Assembly: GCF_001997385.1 (NCBI RefSeq)
Contig: NZ_CP019633.1
Span: 450,001 to 482,000, forward strand
Length of the DNA: 32,000 nt
Source of the DNA: Sedimentisphaera cyanobacteriorum
Lineage (GTDB): Bacteria; Planctomycetota; Phycisphaerae; Sedimentisphaerales; Sedimentisphaeraceae
Direction: 5' to 3'
Every line of letters begins with the position of its first letter. Positions within the stretch are counted from its first letter, which is position 1. The notes under the pieces are model-generated. The model saw nothing but the letters and a program-made list of their open reading frames with translations, was not told the DNA's origin and made no database searches. Positions 9,172 through 18,908 of this stretch are shown piece by piece. Position numbers and translations under genes: made by a program.

Positions 9172-10128
9172 TTACCCCATTCCGTCGAGGCCGATTAGCA
9201 TATCGTAGAGCATTATAAAAGCTGGAATAGTTATAATTGAAGTCATAAAGCTTGTAAAGATAAACTGATTTGTGATGTGTCTCTGCCCGCCGCAGCGTTC
9301 AGTCATCACAGAAAGCGATGTAATCGGGGGCACGGCCGCCTGAAGAACGAGCATAAATCCGACCGCCTTCGGGATATTCAAAAAGTAAACCGCGGCAAGG
9401 GCGATAAGCGGGAAAATGATGTTCTTTGCAAAAGCAAACTTCGCCGACTCTGCGAGCTTGAACTCGCCCTTGTCCCTGAAATCGATATATATGCTCCCGC
9501 CGAGGATCATCATAAGCAGCGGTGCGGCAGTTCTGCCAGTGAGCTTGAGAGCGTGCACAGCAAACTGCGGGACAAAATCAGCTAGCCCTGTAAGAACGAG
9601 CGTAACTGCTGTAAGAGTTGCTGCGAACACAGGATTTATTATCTTGGATACAGGGATTTTCGCTCCTCTGCTGCCGTGAAAGAAAAAATTCACTGCCGCA
9701 AAATAGAATGCGGGAAAAAGCAGAGTGAAGAGAAACAGCTCCGTAACCAGCGGGCTCTCTTCCGAGAATACGCTGGTGATAATCGCAAGAGGGAAGAAAA
9801 CAGCATTATTGAACACCAGCCCCGAGCGGAATTCCTCCCTGAAGCTTTTCTTTGAGGCGAAAGATACCATAAATGCAGCCGCAGTTCCCGCTGCTGCAAA
9901 GCCTGCCCACCAGAGCGGCCTTGTCCACCAGCCCGGCATATCCTCCGGATTGAACGAGGTAATTATCTTCGAAAATACCAGCGAAGGCAGCGCCACATCA
10001 ACAGCAATCGTTGCAAGAACACTGATAGCCTTCTCCGGTATTACCTTTCGAATTATCAGAAAAAAGCCCGCAAGCCCGATTAAAAGCAAAGCGGCCACAG
10101 CTTCAAATGTTGTTATAAAAATCTGCAA
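9172..10128 (-). CDS. AEC (auxin efflux carrier) family membrane transporter
   Basis: 318 aa and polytopic, about 10 hydrophobic segments in a 5+5 arrangement around a central loop. TTG start with AGGAG 6 nt upstream. 13-nt gap to trmO suggests an operon. Confidence 0.75.
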   Translation of the reverse strand: MQIFITTFEAVAALLLIGLAGFFLIIRKVIPEKAISVLATIAVDVALPSLVFSKIITSFNPEDMPGWWTRPLWWAGFAAAGTAAAFMVSFASKKSFREEFRSGLVFNNAVFFPLAIITSVFSEESPLVTELFLFTLLFPAFYFAAVNFFFHGSRGAKIPVSKIINPVFAATLTAVTLVLTGLADFVPQFAVHALKLTGRTAAPLLMMILGGSIYIDFRDKGEFKLAESAKFAFAKNIIFPLIALAAVYFLNIPKAVGFMLVLQAAVPPITSLSVMTERCGGQRHITNQFIFTSFMTSIITIPAFIMLYDMLIGLDGMG

Positions 10129-10326
10129 TTAATGCTCCTGTAAACAATTTGACCTGCCGGATTATCTATCAAGTTTTACCGCTGTCAATTTGTTTTCAGC
10201 ATTTTCACTTTCAAAGCTGCCGGCATCTGGACTTGTATATTTTAATTCCCTGTAGAAGTTTCCCTTGTAATTTGTTAAAATGCAGCACCAAGAAAAATTT
10301 ATCATTAAGGATTGCCGAGGGAACAG

Positions 10327-13300
10327 ATGCAAAAAACAGCCGTAATTTACTCTTTTTGTGCTAAGCTCCTAATATTTTCAATGCTGCTTATTCAGGGATT
10401 ATCTTTTGCCGAAGAAAACAGCTCGGACGAAAAGCAGCAGGCAGATGCCCAAACCGAAGAAGTGAAGGCTGAGCCAGAAGAGGTTTGGAGCGTTGATATA
10501 AAGCAGATTGAGCAGGCCAAGCAGCGGATTACTGATAATAAGGAAATGAAGGAGGAGGATAAAAGTAAGTATCTGGAGATTTACAACAGCATAATCGAGC
10601 AGGCAGAGCTTTTCAAGCAGTACAATGCTGAAAAGGAATCTTTCTTGAATATGCAGAAAAATGCAGCCTCAGAGCTTGAAAAAGTGAAAGGGTCTCTCGA
10701 GAAGATTAAAGAAGAGTCCGCAGAACTTGCAGCGGAAGGTAAAGCTGTTTCCGAACTGGAAACCCTTCTGGCTGAAGCAAATATGAACCTCGAAAGCGCC
10801 AGAGAAACCAGTACAAAGCTGGAAAATGAACCCAAAAGGCGAGCGGAAAGAAGAACGCAGATTCCCGAACAGAGAAAGCAGATTAAGGAATCCATAAGCG
10901 AACTGAACGAAAAGCTCAGTCAGCTGCCTGCTGAATCTGAGCAGGATGAGCTTATAGAGGCCAATAGAAAGCTTCTCAAGGCGAAACTGAAGGCTCAAAA
11001 TGCCAAACTTGATTCTCTTGCAGAAGAGCTCAAGGCCTACGAGGCAACCAGCGAAATACTCGCCCTTCGAAGAGACCTTGCCGCCGCAAAACTGAGCAAA
11101 TTCGAAAAGCAGGTAAAATTCTGGCAGGATGCTCTCGGTCAGGCCAGAAAGAAGGAGGCTGAGCGGGCAAAGCAGGAGGCAAAAAAAGTTGCTCAGCAGT
11201 CCCAAAAATCTCATCCCCTCGTTCAGAAGCTCGCAAATGAGAACGTGGAGCTTGCAAAAAAGCAGTCTGAGCTTGTAAAGGATATTGAAAAAACAAACAG
11301 CTACTTTAAAGAAGTTCAGCTTGAGGTTGAAAGCCTTTCTCAGGATTTCAGCAGCCTTCAGGAGCAGATGGAAAAGGCAGGCAGGGTAACCAGTGCTATG
11401 GGGGTTTTGCTGGTTGCAAAAAAGAACAATCTCAAGGATGTACGTCAGCATAAAAGGCAGATAAGCGAGAGAATAGCGAAAACATCCACCATGCAGCTCA
11501 AATGGAGCCAGTACGACAGGCGTTGGGCAGAGCTGTCCGAAATAGAGGCTCAAGCAGAGAGTATGCTTGAAGAAAACAGCGTAACCGAAGATATGCCCAG
11601 CTATTTTTCTGTAAAAAACAAAGCAGAAGAGCTGCTAAGAGACAGACGCAAAATCGTTCGGAAAATCGCAGATTACTATATGAATCATATCACTGCCCTT
11701 GCCCAGCTTGATATGACTGAAAGATCGCTTGTTAAAACGGTTGAAAAATACCGCAGCTACATCAATAAGAGTATTTTATGGGTTAAAAGCTCTTCCGCTG
11801 TGCAGAAAAACGAAATCGCCAAGATCATTTCAGGCGTAAGGGAATATGCTCAAAGCAATAGTCCTGCAAGAATGTTCAGAGTTATTACTAGCGATTTTAT
11901 CAAACGAGCCCCTTACTACATAACCGCCGGCGTTATTCTTCTCCTGCTTATATTTTCAAGACCAAAGCTAATAAAAACCGCAAAGGCCGATTCTCAGAGG
12001 GTTCAGAAAATCACTGAAGACCGCTTTGTTTATACCCTGCGGGAGGTTGTGGTAATGCTTGTTTACGCTTCTTTTCTGCCTTTGGTGATGGTTTTTCTGG
12101 GCTGGCGCATGCTCGAGAATTCCGCAAACTACCCGAATTTAGCATATTTTGCAGAAGGCCTTTTCCACGCCTCATACCTTGCTTTTGCCTTTGGAATAAT
12201 GCGGTTTTTCTCAAGGCCTTATGGGCTCGGGTCGCATTTCGGGATGAACGAAGAAGCCCTGCAAACTTTCGGAGCTAATTTGCTATGGTTCTTTTCAGTT
12301 CTTATTCCTGCGGCATTCCTGTATTATTCCTTCCAGCTCGGGGAGGACGCAAAGGCCGGGCAGGATGCTTGCAGGCGTGTTATTTTTCTCATCCAGCAGA
12401 CGGCTGTTATTGTATTTCTAATTACAGTTTTGAACCCCAAGGGGACAATCGTGCGAAGCTGGCTTGAAAAACACGAAGGCAGCTGGCTCGAAAAGCTGAA
12501 ATATATTATCTTCGCTATTGCAATACTTGTCCCATTTTCATTCTGCATCCTCTCAATAATCGGCTACGGATACGCCGCAATGCACCTTCATCAGGAGCTT
12601 ATGTACACCTTCGCTCTGCTGGTTACTGTGTTTTTCCTTACTGCTGTTCTTAAGAGAAGCCTTCTGGTAACCAGAAGACGCCTTGCTATCCAGCAGTTAG
12701 ACAGGCTCAGGGAGCAGACAATCGAGGAAGCTCAGAGCGATACCGAACAAACGCAGTCGGTGAGTATGGCTCAAGAGGCAGGCAATACCATATCAACAAT
12801 CTCCGATCAGGCAAGGAGCGTAATCAAATTTGTCTCAACGCTTCTTATTGTTCTCGGCGTATGGTGGATATGGAAAAGCACACTTCCCGCCCTTGAAGCG
12901 CTGGAAAACATCCAGCTCTCTCAAACCACAGACTCGCAGGGCGAGATTATCATAATCAGCTTAGGCAGCTTATTCAAAGCGGTTGTAATTTTTATTATAA
13001 CCCTCGTTCTAACTCGAAATGTCCCCGGGCTTTTAGAGATTATGGTTCTTCAGAAGCTTCCGATAAATTCCGCAGCGAGCTTTGCGATAACAACCCTTTG
13101 CAGGTATCTGCTGTTTATCGTAGGAATTGTATATACCAGCTTTGTTCTCGGGATTCGCTGGTCAACGGTGCAGTGGCTTGTGGCGGCGGTTATGGTAGGT
13201 CTTGGTTTCGGCCTGCAGGAGATATTCGCAAACTTCATCTCGGGCCTTATTATACTCTTCGAACAGCCTATCAGGGTTGGTGATACTATAACTATAGGCG

Positions 13301-13785
13301 ATGTGAGCGGGAGAGTGGCTAAGATTAAGATACGTGCTACTACAATCCGCAAGTGGGATGAGAAGGAGCTTGTTGTTCCGAATAAGGAATTCATTACCGG
13401 CAGGCTGGTAAACTGGAGCCTTTCGGATACTACTCTTAGGATAGAATTTCCGGTTGGAGTTGCATACGGGTCTGATGTTAAAAAGGCAGAAAATACTCTG
13501 CTCAACATAGCGAAGCGTCATCCGGACGTTTTAGATTCTAATCCTGCCCCGAGGGTGATTTTCAAGGGTTTTGGTGCAAGCAGTCTTGACCTTGAACTGA
13601 GAGTTTACATCAGCTCAATAAAACAGTATCTTGATGTGTGGCATCAGGTAAACAGCAGGATAGACCAGCGGTTTAGAGAGGAAAATATCGAAATCGCTTT
13701 CCCCCAGACAGACCTGCACATACGTTCCTCGGATATGCCTATTCCGCTTGATATACAAAACAGCGGAAAACAAAAAGATGAATAA
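10327..13785 (+). CDS. MscK/KefA-type large mechanosensitive channel (signal peptide, long coiled-coil periplasmic domain, multi-TM region, MscS core)
   Basis: C-terminal MscS core ..LGFGLQEIFANFISGLIILFEQPIRVGDTITIGDVSGRVAKIKIRATTIRKWDEKELVVPNKEF... About 450 aa of E/K/Q/A-rich coiled coil follows a signal peptide. ATG 10327 is preferred over the ORF-track TTG 10312. Confidence 0.9.
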   Translation: MQKTAVIYSFCAKLLIFSMLLIQGLSFAEENSSDEKQQADAQTEEVKAEPEEVWSVDIKQIEQAKQRITDNKEMKEEDKSKYLEIYNSIIEQAELFKQYNAEKESFLNMQKNAASELEKVKGSLEKIKEESAELAAEGKAVSELETLLAEANMNLESARETSTKLENEPKRRAERRTQIPEQRKQIKESISELNEKLSQLPAESEQDELIEANRKLLKAKLKAQNAKLDSLAEELKAYEATSEILALRRDLAAAKLSKFEKQVKFWQDALGQARKKEAERAKQEAKKVAQQSQKSHPLVQKLANENVELAKKQSELVKDIEKTNSYFKEVQLEVESLSQDFSSLQEQMEKAGRVTSAMGVLLVAKKNNLKDVRQHKRQISERIAKTSTMQLKWSQYDRRWAELSEIEAQAESMLEENSVTEDMPSYFSVKNKAEELLRDRRKIVRKIADYYMNHITALAQLDMTERSLVKTVEKYRSYINKSILWVKSSSAVQKNEIAKIISGVREYAQSNSPARMFRVITSDFIKRAPYYITAGVILLLLIFSRPKLIKTAKADSQRVQKITEDRFVYTLREVVVMLVYASFLPLVMVFLGWRMLENSANYPNLAYFAEGLFHASYLAFAFGIMRFFSRPYGLGSHFGMNEEALQTFGANLLWFFSVLIPAAFLYYSFQLGEDAKAGQDACRRVIFLIQQTAVIVFLITVLNPKGTIVRSWLEKHEGSWLEKLKYIIFAIAILVPFSFCILSIIGYGYAAMHLHQELMYTFALLVTVFFLTAVLKRSLLVTRRRLAIQQLDRLREQTIEEAQSDTEQTQSVSMAQEAGNTISTISDQARSVIKFVSTLLIVLGVWWIWKSTLPALEALENIQLSQTTDSQGEIIIISLGSLFKAVVIFIITLVLTRNVPGLLEIMVLQKLPINSAASFAITTLCRYLLFIVGIVYTSFVLGIRWSTVQWLVAAVMVGLGFGLQEIFANFISGLIILFEQPIRVGDTITIGDVSGRVAKIKIRATTIRKWDEKELVVPNKEFITGRLVNWSLSDTTLRIEFPVGVAYGSDVKKAENTLLNIAKRHPDVLDSNPAPRVIFKGFGASSLDLELRVYISSIKQYLDVWHQVNSRIDQRFREENIEIAFPQTDLHIRSSDMPIPLDIQNSGKQKDE

Positions 13786-13868
13786 TATTACTTTCCGGGA
13801 TTCAATTTATATAGGATTATTGAAGAAAATATGCGAATTGAAAACCTTATTAGGTTAATTGTTCGGTT

Positions 13869-13896
13869 TTGCTTTTTTGACCTTAATCATTATACT
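13869..13896 (+). promoter_or_regulatory. Sigma70-like promoter of the ompH-lpxD-lpxC/fabZ-lpxA operon
   Basis: TTGCTT (13869-13874), 16-nt spacer, TATACT (13891-13896), about 45 nt upstream of ATG 13940. Confidence 0.4.
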
Positions 13897-13939
13897 ACGC
13901 CCGAATGATTAAACTGAAATTAAATGGAGATTATCACAA

Positions 13940-14527
13940 ATGAGTAAAAGATTATTTTTGAGTATTTTAGCAGTATCAGCAGCAGTTATTTCTCTCTCAG
14001 CCAGCAGGGTTGACGGTCTGGACAAATCAGCACCTTCAGGTACGGCTGTAGTAAGCATCCCCAAGGTAATAGACAGCAGTGAATACGCCAATCAGCTGGA
14101 TTCGGGGCTGCAGAATGAGAAGGAAAATGCGCTTGCAGAGCTCGAGCAGTATAAGGCCGAGATAGATTCGCTCAGGGCAGATATGAAAACCCGCAAGCCT
14201 GATTCGGAAGAATACGAAGACCTAAAGCAGAAGGTTATGGAGAAAACGGCCGTTGCAGAGGCGAGGAAAAAACACCTCCAGAATTCTTTGGTTAAAGAAA
14301 ACCGTGAAATTATGGAGCAGCTATACCTTGAGATTGTTGCCGTTGCAAAAGAGGTGTGCAAAGAGAAAAATATCGAGATCCTTATAGACCGAGACCAGCT
14401 TAAGCTTCCCTCAAGGGATTCTCAGGAGCTTTCAGGCATAATTAAAACCCATAAAGTAATTTATTATGCGCCCCACATTGATATTACAGATGATATTATT
14501 GAAAGGCTCGATCAGCGCAGCAAATGA
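13940..14527 (+). CDS. OmpH/Skp-like periplasmic chaperone
   Basis: 195 aa. Signal peptide [21 protein letters not shown], then charged coiled-coil-rich sequence. Canonical position immediately upstream of lpxD, with an ATGA stop/start overlap. Confidence 0.75.
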   Translation: MSKRLFLSILAVSAAVISLSASRVDGLDKSAPSGTAVVSIPKVIDSSEYANQLDSGLQNEKENALAELEQYKAEIDSLRADMKTRKPDSEEYEDLKQKVMEKTAVAEARKKHLQNSLVKENREIMEQLYLEIVAVAKEVCKEKNIEILIDRDQLKLPSRDSQELSGIIKTHKVIYYAPHIDITDDIIERLDQRSK

Positions 14528-15555
14528 GTAGAAAATTTACAGCCGGCCGGATAGCCGAGGCCTTAGGTGCCAAGCTTTCAGGCAGCCCGCAAAAAGAGTT
14601 TGCAGGGATTACCAGCATAGACCTAGCAGATGAAAGCAAGCTTACATTCGCAGAAGGCAAACACCTAAAACGCCTTGCAGACTGTTCTGCAGGCGGCGTG
14701 ATTGTACCTGAGATGCGGAAAGATATTTCAGGGAAAGTCCAGCTTGCTGTTTCAGATGTAAACGAGGCTCTGATTAAGGCCCTTGAGATGTTTGCTGTTG
14801 AACCCAGCTTCGAGCCGAAAATAGAGCCTACCGCAGCAGTAGATCAGAAAGCTCAGATTAGCCCTGAGGCTTATATCGGGGATTTTGTTCTGGTTCGCGG
14901 AGATGTTAAAATTTCGGCTGGAGCGGTAGTTAAATCCGGCGTTAAGATTCAAGGCCCGTGCGAGATCGGCGAGAACACCGTTATAGACTCCAACTGCGTG
15001 CTGTACCCCCGCACGAGAATCGGAAGAAACTGCCTGATTCAAGCCGGCACTGTAATCGGGTCGGCAGGTTTCGGGTATCGTCCGGTAAACCAGATGCCGA
15101 AGCTCATCCCCCACAATGGCGGGGTGCTAATAGAAGACTTCGTAGATATTGGGGCAAATTCCTGCGTGGACAGAGCCAAATTCGGCGATACCGTTATCGG
15201 CGCAGGAACAAAGATAGACAATCTATGTCAGATTGCTCATAATGTAAAAATAGGCAGGTGCTGCCTTATGGCCGGCCAGTCAGGAATTGGGGGCAGTTCC
15301 GTAATCGGAGACGGCTGCATTTTTGCCGGAAATTCGGGAGCTATCGACAATATTTCATTAGGCGATAGAGTTACAATCTGTGCTACCTCTACTGCCATTA
15401 AGAACATAGAATCCGGTAAAATAATTGCAGGTAATAACGGAATAGACAGAGCGAAATATCTTAGGAGTCAGGTTTTAGTCGGCAAGCTTCCTGAGATTGC
15501 CCAGAGGCTGAAAGCACTGGAAAAAAGGTTGAACAATGAAACAGAAAACGATTAA
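14524..15555 (+). CDS. lpxD: UDP-3-O-(3-hydroxyacyl)glucosamine N-acyltransferase LpxD
   Basis: 343 aa. The N-terminal uridine-binding-type domain (..[14 protein letters not shown]..) is followed by a long run of hexapeptide (left-handed beta-helix) repeats and a C-terminal helix. Sits between ompH and lpxC/fabZ. Confidence 0.9.
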   Translation: MSRKFTAGRIAEALGAKLSGSPQKEFAGITSIDLADESKLTFAEGKHLKRLADCSAGGVIVPEMRKDISGKVQLAVSDVNEALIKALEMFAVEPSFEPKIEPTAAVDQKAQISPEAYIGDFVLVRGDVKISAGAVVKSGVKIQGPCEIGENTVIDSNCVLYPRTRIGRNCLIQAGTVIGSAGFGYRPVNQMPKLIPHNGGVLIEDFVDIGANSCVDRAKFGDTVIGAGTKIDNLCQIAHNVKIGRCCLMAGQSGIGGSSVIGDGCIFAGNSGAIDNISLGDRVTICATSTAIKNIESGKIIAGNNGIDRAKYLRSQVLVGKLPEIAQRLKALEKRLNNETEND

Positions 15556-16840
15556 AAACGAAGCTTCACTTTCCGGCAAAGGCCTTTTCAGCGGAAGCCC
15601 GGTGGAGGTGAAATTTGTCCCGGCACAGGCGGATACAGGGATTGTATTCGTTCGTACAGACAACCCTTCGCCCACCAAAATACCAGCACATGTAAGCTCC
15701 CTGATTGAGACCAGCAGAAGAACCGCTCTGGGCAAAGGTGAGGTTACAATCAGCACAACCGAGCACTGCCTCGCAGCGGTTTATGCCCTCGGTATAGACA
15801 ATCTTGTCATTGAGGTTGCCGGGCCTGAGCTGCCCGGGCTCGATGGAAGCGCTGCGTTTTATGTGGAGGCTCTGAAAAATGCAGGGATAAAGCAGCTTGC
15901 TAAGGACGTAAACGAATTCATCGTAACCGAACCGATAGGTATAGTTGAAGACGATGCATCTATTTACGCACTTCCAGGGGCGGAAGGGAAATATACAGTA
16001 AGCTTCGATTTGAACTACAATCAGGTGGATGCTATAGGTAAGCAGCTCTTCTCATACGAGGTTAGCCCCGAAAGCTTCGAAAAGGAAATAGCACCCGCAA
16101 GAACTTTCCTCCTTGAGAAAGAGGCGGTGGAGTTTCAGAAAAACGGAATTGGAAGCCATCTCTCTCCTGAAGATGTGCTGGTGATTGGCGAAGATGGTCC
16201 TATAAGCAACGAATTCCGCTTCGAAGATGAGTGTGTAAGGCATAAGGTGCTGGATATCATCGGAGACCTTGTCCTTGCCGGAGTGCGAATAAAGGGCAAG
16301 ATTGTGGCCGCAAGAAGCGGGCATGAGCTCAACAGAAAGCTCGCTGCAAAGATTTCAGAGCTTTCAAGAAAGCAGCAGAGAAAGAAAAAGCGAGGAACCG
16401 ATGCTCTGCTCGATATCAGAAACATTCAGCGGATACTCCCTCACAGATACCCCTTCCTGCTTGTTGACAAGATCATCGATATTGAACACGATTCAAAGAT
16501 TGTAGGCGTTAAGAACGTTACATTCAACGAGCTGTTCTTCCAGGGGCATTTTCCTTCGAATCCGATAATGCCGGGAGTCCTTATCGTAGAGGCTCTCGCT
16601 CAGGTATCAGGACTTCTGTTTGCCCAGAAGCTTGAGAATACAGGTAAGCTCGCAGTGCTTATGACAATGAACGATGTGAAAATTAGGCGTTCTGTTGTAC
16701 CGGGAGACCAGATCGTGCTGCTCGCGGAAACAGAGAAGGTACGTAGAAGAAGCGCTCAGTGTAGATGTCAGGCAAAGGTGGATGGGAAGATTGCTGCTGA
16801 AGCCGTGCTGAAATTTATGCTGATTGATGACGATGTTTAA
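15536..16840 (+). CDS. lpxC: Bifunctional UDP-3-O-acyl-GlcNAc deacetylase / 3-hydroxyacyl-ACP dehydratase (LpxC-FabZ fusion)
   Basis: 434 aa. LpxC-like N-half (..[45 protein letters not shown]..). FabZ hot-dog C-half (..[38 protein letters not shown]..). Overlaps the lpxD end by 20 nt. Confidence 0.92.
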   Translation: MKQKTIKNEASLSGKGLFSGSPVEVKFVPAQADTGIVFVRTDNPSPTKIPAHVSSLIETSRRTALGKGEVTISTTEHCLAAVYALGIDNLVIEVAGPELPGLDGSAAFYVEALKNAGIKQLAKDVNEFIVTEPIGIVEDDASIYALPGAEGKYTVSFDLNYNQVDAIGKQLFSYEVSPESFEKEIAPARTFLLEKEAVEFQKNGIGSHLSPEDVLVIGEDGPISNEFRFEDECVRHKVLDIIGDLVLAGVRIKGKIVAARSGHELNRKLAAKISELSRKQQRKKKRGTDALLDIRNIQRILPHRYPFLLVDKIIDIEHDSKIVGVKNVTFNELFFQGHFPSNPIMPGVLIVEALAQVSGLLFAQKLENTGKLAVLMTMNDVKIRRSVVPGDQIVLLAETEKVRRRSAQCRCQAKVDGKIAAEAVLKFMLIDDDV

Positions 16841-16855
16841 TGGGGACCAGAATTT

Positions 16856-17671
16856 ATGGATAATGCGAATATTCATCCAACAGCTATAGTTCAAGATGGT
16901 GCCAAGATTGGTGATGGTGTGGTTATTGGGCCAAACTGTTTCGTTGGCAGCGGTGCGGAAATTGGAGACAATACAAAGCTTTCGGCTAATGTTATAGTTG
17001 AGAAGAATGTTGTGATGGGCAAAAATAATGTGGTGTATCCGCAGGCGGTTATCGGCTGCGGGCCGCAGATTTTTGGAAAGCCCAGCGATTATAAATACGG
17101 CAAGCTGGTTATTGGAGACTCGAACATAATTAGGGAGCAGGTTACAATACACCCGGGTATGTTTGAAGGTTCCTCCACAGAGGTGGGAAGCCGGAATTTC
17201 CTTATGATTGGCGTTCATATCGGCCACGACTGCATAATAGAAGACGATATCGTAACGAGCAACTACTCACAGATCTCAGGCCACTGCTGGCTGCAGCGGG
17301 GGGTCTGGTTTAGCGGTATCGTTACTGTGCACCAGTTCTGCACCATAGGACGCTGGGCGTATGCCACCGGCCTGACCGGCATAAATCACGATATACCGCC
17401 CTTTATGACGGCAAGCGGGCATTATCCCTGCGTTGTGCGAACGGTAAACCGCAGGGGAATGGCAAGGGCAGGACTAAGCCAGGAAGACCAGAAATCTGTA
17501 ACCGATATCTTCAAAAAAGTGTACAGAGAGGGAGGACCGCTTCTTGAGAAGGTACGCGAGATGGTGGGCGATGAGTCTCTTAAAGACGTTCAAAGAGAGA
17601 TTATAGAATTTATAAGCCGTGCAAGCGAACACCGCTTCGGAAGATACCTCGAAACTAAAAGAAACGATTGA
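16856..17671 (+). CDS. lpxA: Acyl-ACP--UDP-N-acetylglucosamine O-acyltransferase LpxA
   Basis: 271 aa. ..IHPTAIVQDGAKIGDGVVIGPNCFVG.. hexapeptide repeats, then the helical C-terminal domain (..NRRGMARAGLSQED..). Position after fabZ. Confidence 0.9.
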   Translation: MDNANIHPTAIVQDGAKIGDGVVIGPNCFVGSGAEIGDNTKLSANVIVEKNVVMGKNNVVYPQAVIGCGPQIFGKPSDYKYGKLVIGDSNIIREQVTIHPGMFEGSSTEVGSRNFLMIGVHIGHDCIIEDDIVTSNYSQISGHCWLQRGVWFSGIVTVHQFCTIGRWAYATGLTGINHDIPPFMTASGHYPCVVRTVNRRGMARAGLSQEDQKSVTDIFKKVYREGGPLLEKVREMVGDESLKDVQREIIEFISRASEHRFGRYLETKRND

Positions 17672-17821
17672 GATTGGCTGCATAAAAGAGCTGGGTTTAA
17701 GCGCTGAAGCAATGGATAATCTTTTAACTATAAAACAGGCAAGCTGAAAAAGACAGGTCTGCTTATTCAGAAACGATATTTGAGCTTAGGGAAGGCTGCA
17801 TCAAATAAAAAGGAAATTAAG

Positions 17822-18826
17822 ATGGCGAAATTAAGAACAGCAGTGATAGGTGCCGGGAAGATGGGCAGCCTTCACACGAGGATATACAGTGAGCTTGAAC
17901 TCAGCGAGCTCGTGGCAGTGGCAGATAGTGATGCTTCTAAAGCCGGCGAGCTTGCAGAGAAATATGGCTGCCGCAGCTTTTCCGATCCGGAAGAGCTTAT
18001 TGGGAAGGTTGATGCGGTAACGATAGCCGCCCCTACAGACAGCCATCTGAAGATTGCTGCTCCCCTCATAGAAAACGGCATCGCTGTGCTTATAGAAAAG
18101 CCTCTGGCCTCAAGCGTAGAGCAGGGCGAAGAGATTGCCCGCCTCGGACGCGAGAAGGGCGTAACAGTTGCAGTAGGCCATAGCGAACGCTGCAATCCCG
18201 TTGTGCAGGCGATGGACAGGCTCGAGATAAAGCCCCGATTCATCGAGGCCAACAGGGTAAGCCCGTATCCATTCCGCTCCACGGATATCGGCGTTGTGCT
18301 GGATGTTATGATTCACGATATAGATATCATCCTCTCGATAGCGGGCAGTCCGGTTAAGAGCGTGGATGCTGTTGGAGTTGATGTTATAGGGCAGAATGAA
18401 GATATCTGCAATACGAGGATAGTTTTTGAAAACGGCTGCATGGCCAATGTAACCGCCTCAAGGCTCGCACTCAAAACAGAGCGTAAGATTCGAATTTTCA
18501 GCTCTCAGGCGTATCTGAGCCTCGATTATTTCCGAAAAGAGGGGATTGTAATTCAAACTGCGCCGAATGTTGATGTAGTTGAGTGGATAAGAGAGCGGCA
18601 GAAAGAGCCGGGATTCAGCTTTGAAAATGTAAACTGGCCGGATCTGCTCAACATCGAAAACCTCAAGATTGAAGATAAAGAGCCGCTAAAGGTGGAGCAG
18701 TCTGCGTTTCTCGAAGCCGCTGCCGGCAAGCGAGAGAGGCCGATAGTTACAGCGGAAGAGGGGCTTGCTGCCCTTCAGTGCGCATACAAAATCCTTGAGA
18801 GCATAAAAGAAAAGGCATGGCAGTAA
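17822..18826 (+). CDS. Gfo/Idh/MocA-family NAD(P)-dependent oxidoreductase
   Basis: Rossmann N-terminus MAKLRTAVIGAGKMGSLH, ..EKPLA.. motif and a C-terminal alpha/beta domain. ATG 17822 (AAGGA SD) is preferred over the ORF-track TTG 17780. Confidence 0.85.
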   Translation: MAKLRTAVIGAGKMGSLHTRIYSELELSELVAVADSDASKAGELAEKYGCRSFSDPEELIGKVDAVTIAAPTDSHLKIAAPLIENGIAVLIEKPLASSVEQGEEIARLGREKGVTVAVGHSERCNPVVQAMDRLEIKPRFIEANRVSPYPFRSTDIGVVLDVMIHDIDIILSIAGSPVKSVDAVGVDVIGQNEDICNTRIVFENGCMANVTASRLALKTERKIRIFSSQAYLSLDYFRKEGIVIQTAPNVDVVEWIRERQKEPGFSFENVNWPDLLNIENLKIEDKEPLKVEQSAFLEAAAGKRERPIVTAEEGLAALQCAYKILESIKEKAWQ

Positions 18827-18908
18827 ATCGAAGGCAAAGCCTTTTGGTTAATTCAGAGTTAGTTCCAAACCCTGCTTTGCTTTAAGCTGGTGGGTCTGAA
18901 ACCTTTTT

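Noticed and set aside
10669-11553. 294-aa minus-strand ORF (plus 10581-10895 and 11030-11296) opposite the MscK-like gene
   Set aside because: It lies antisense to the GAA/AAG/CAG-rich coiled-coil region, which naturally lacks stops on the opposite strand. The product is Leu/Phe/Cys-rich nonsense.
13050-13521. Minus-strand ORFs 13050-13508 and 13162-13521
   Set aside because: They are antisense to the highly conserved MscS core of the channel gene and have no independent support.
16607-17227. 206-aa minus-strand ORF spanning the fabZ/lpxA junction
   Set aside because: It is antisense to two strongly supported lipid A genes and has no motifs.
18831-18845. Small hairpin AAGGC-AAA-GCCTT between the convergent oxidoreductase and kinase genes
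   Set aside because: It has only a 5-bp stem with a 3-nt loop and a short TT(GG) tail, too weak to call a terminator.
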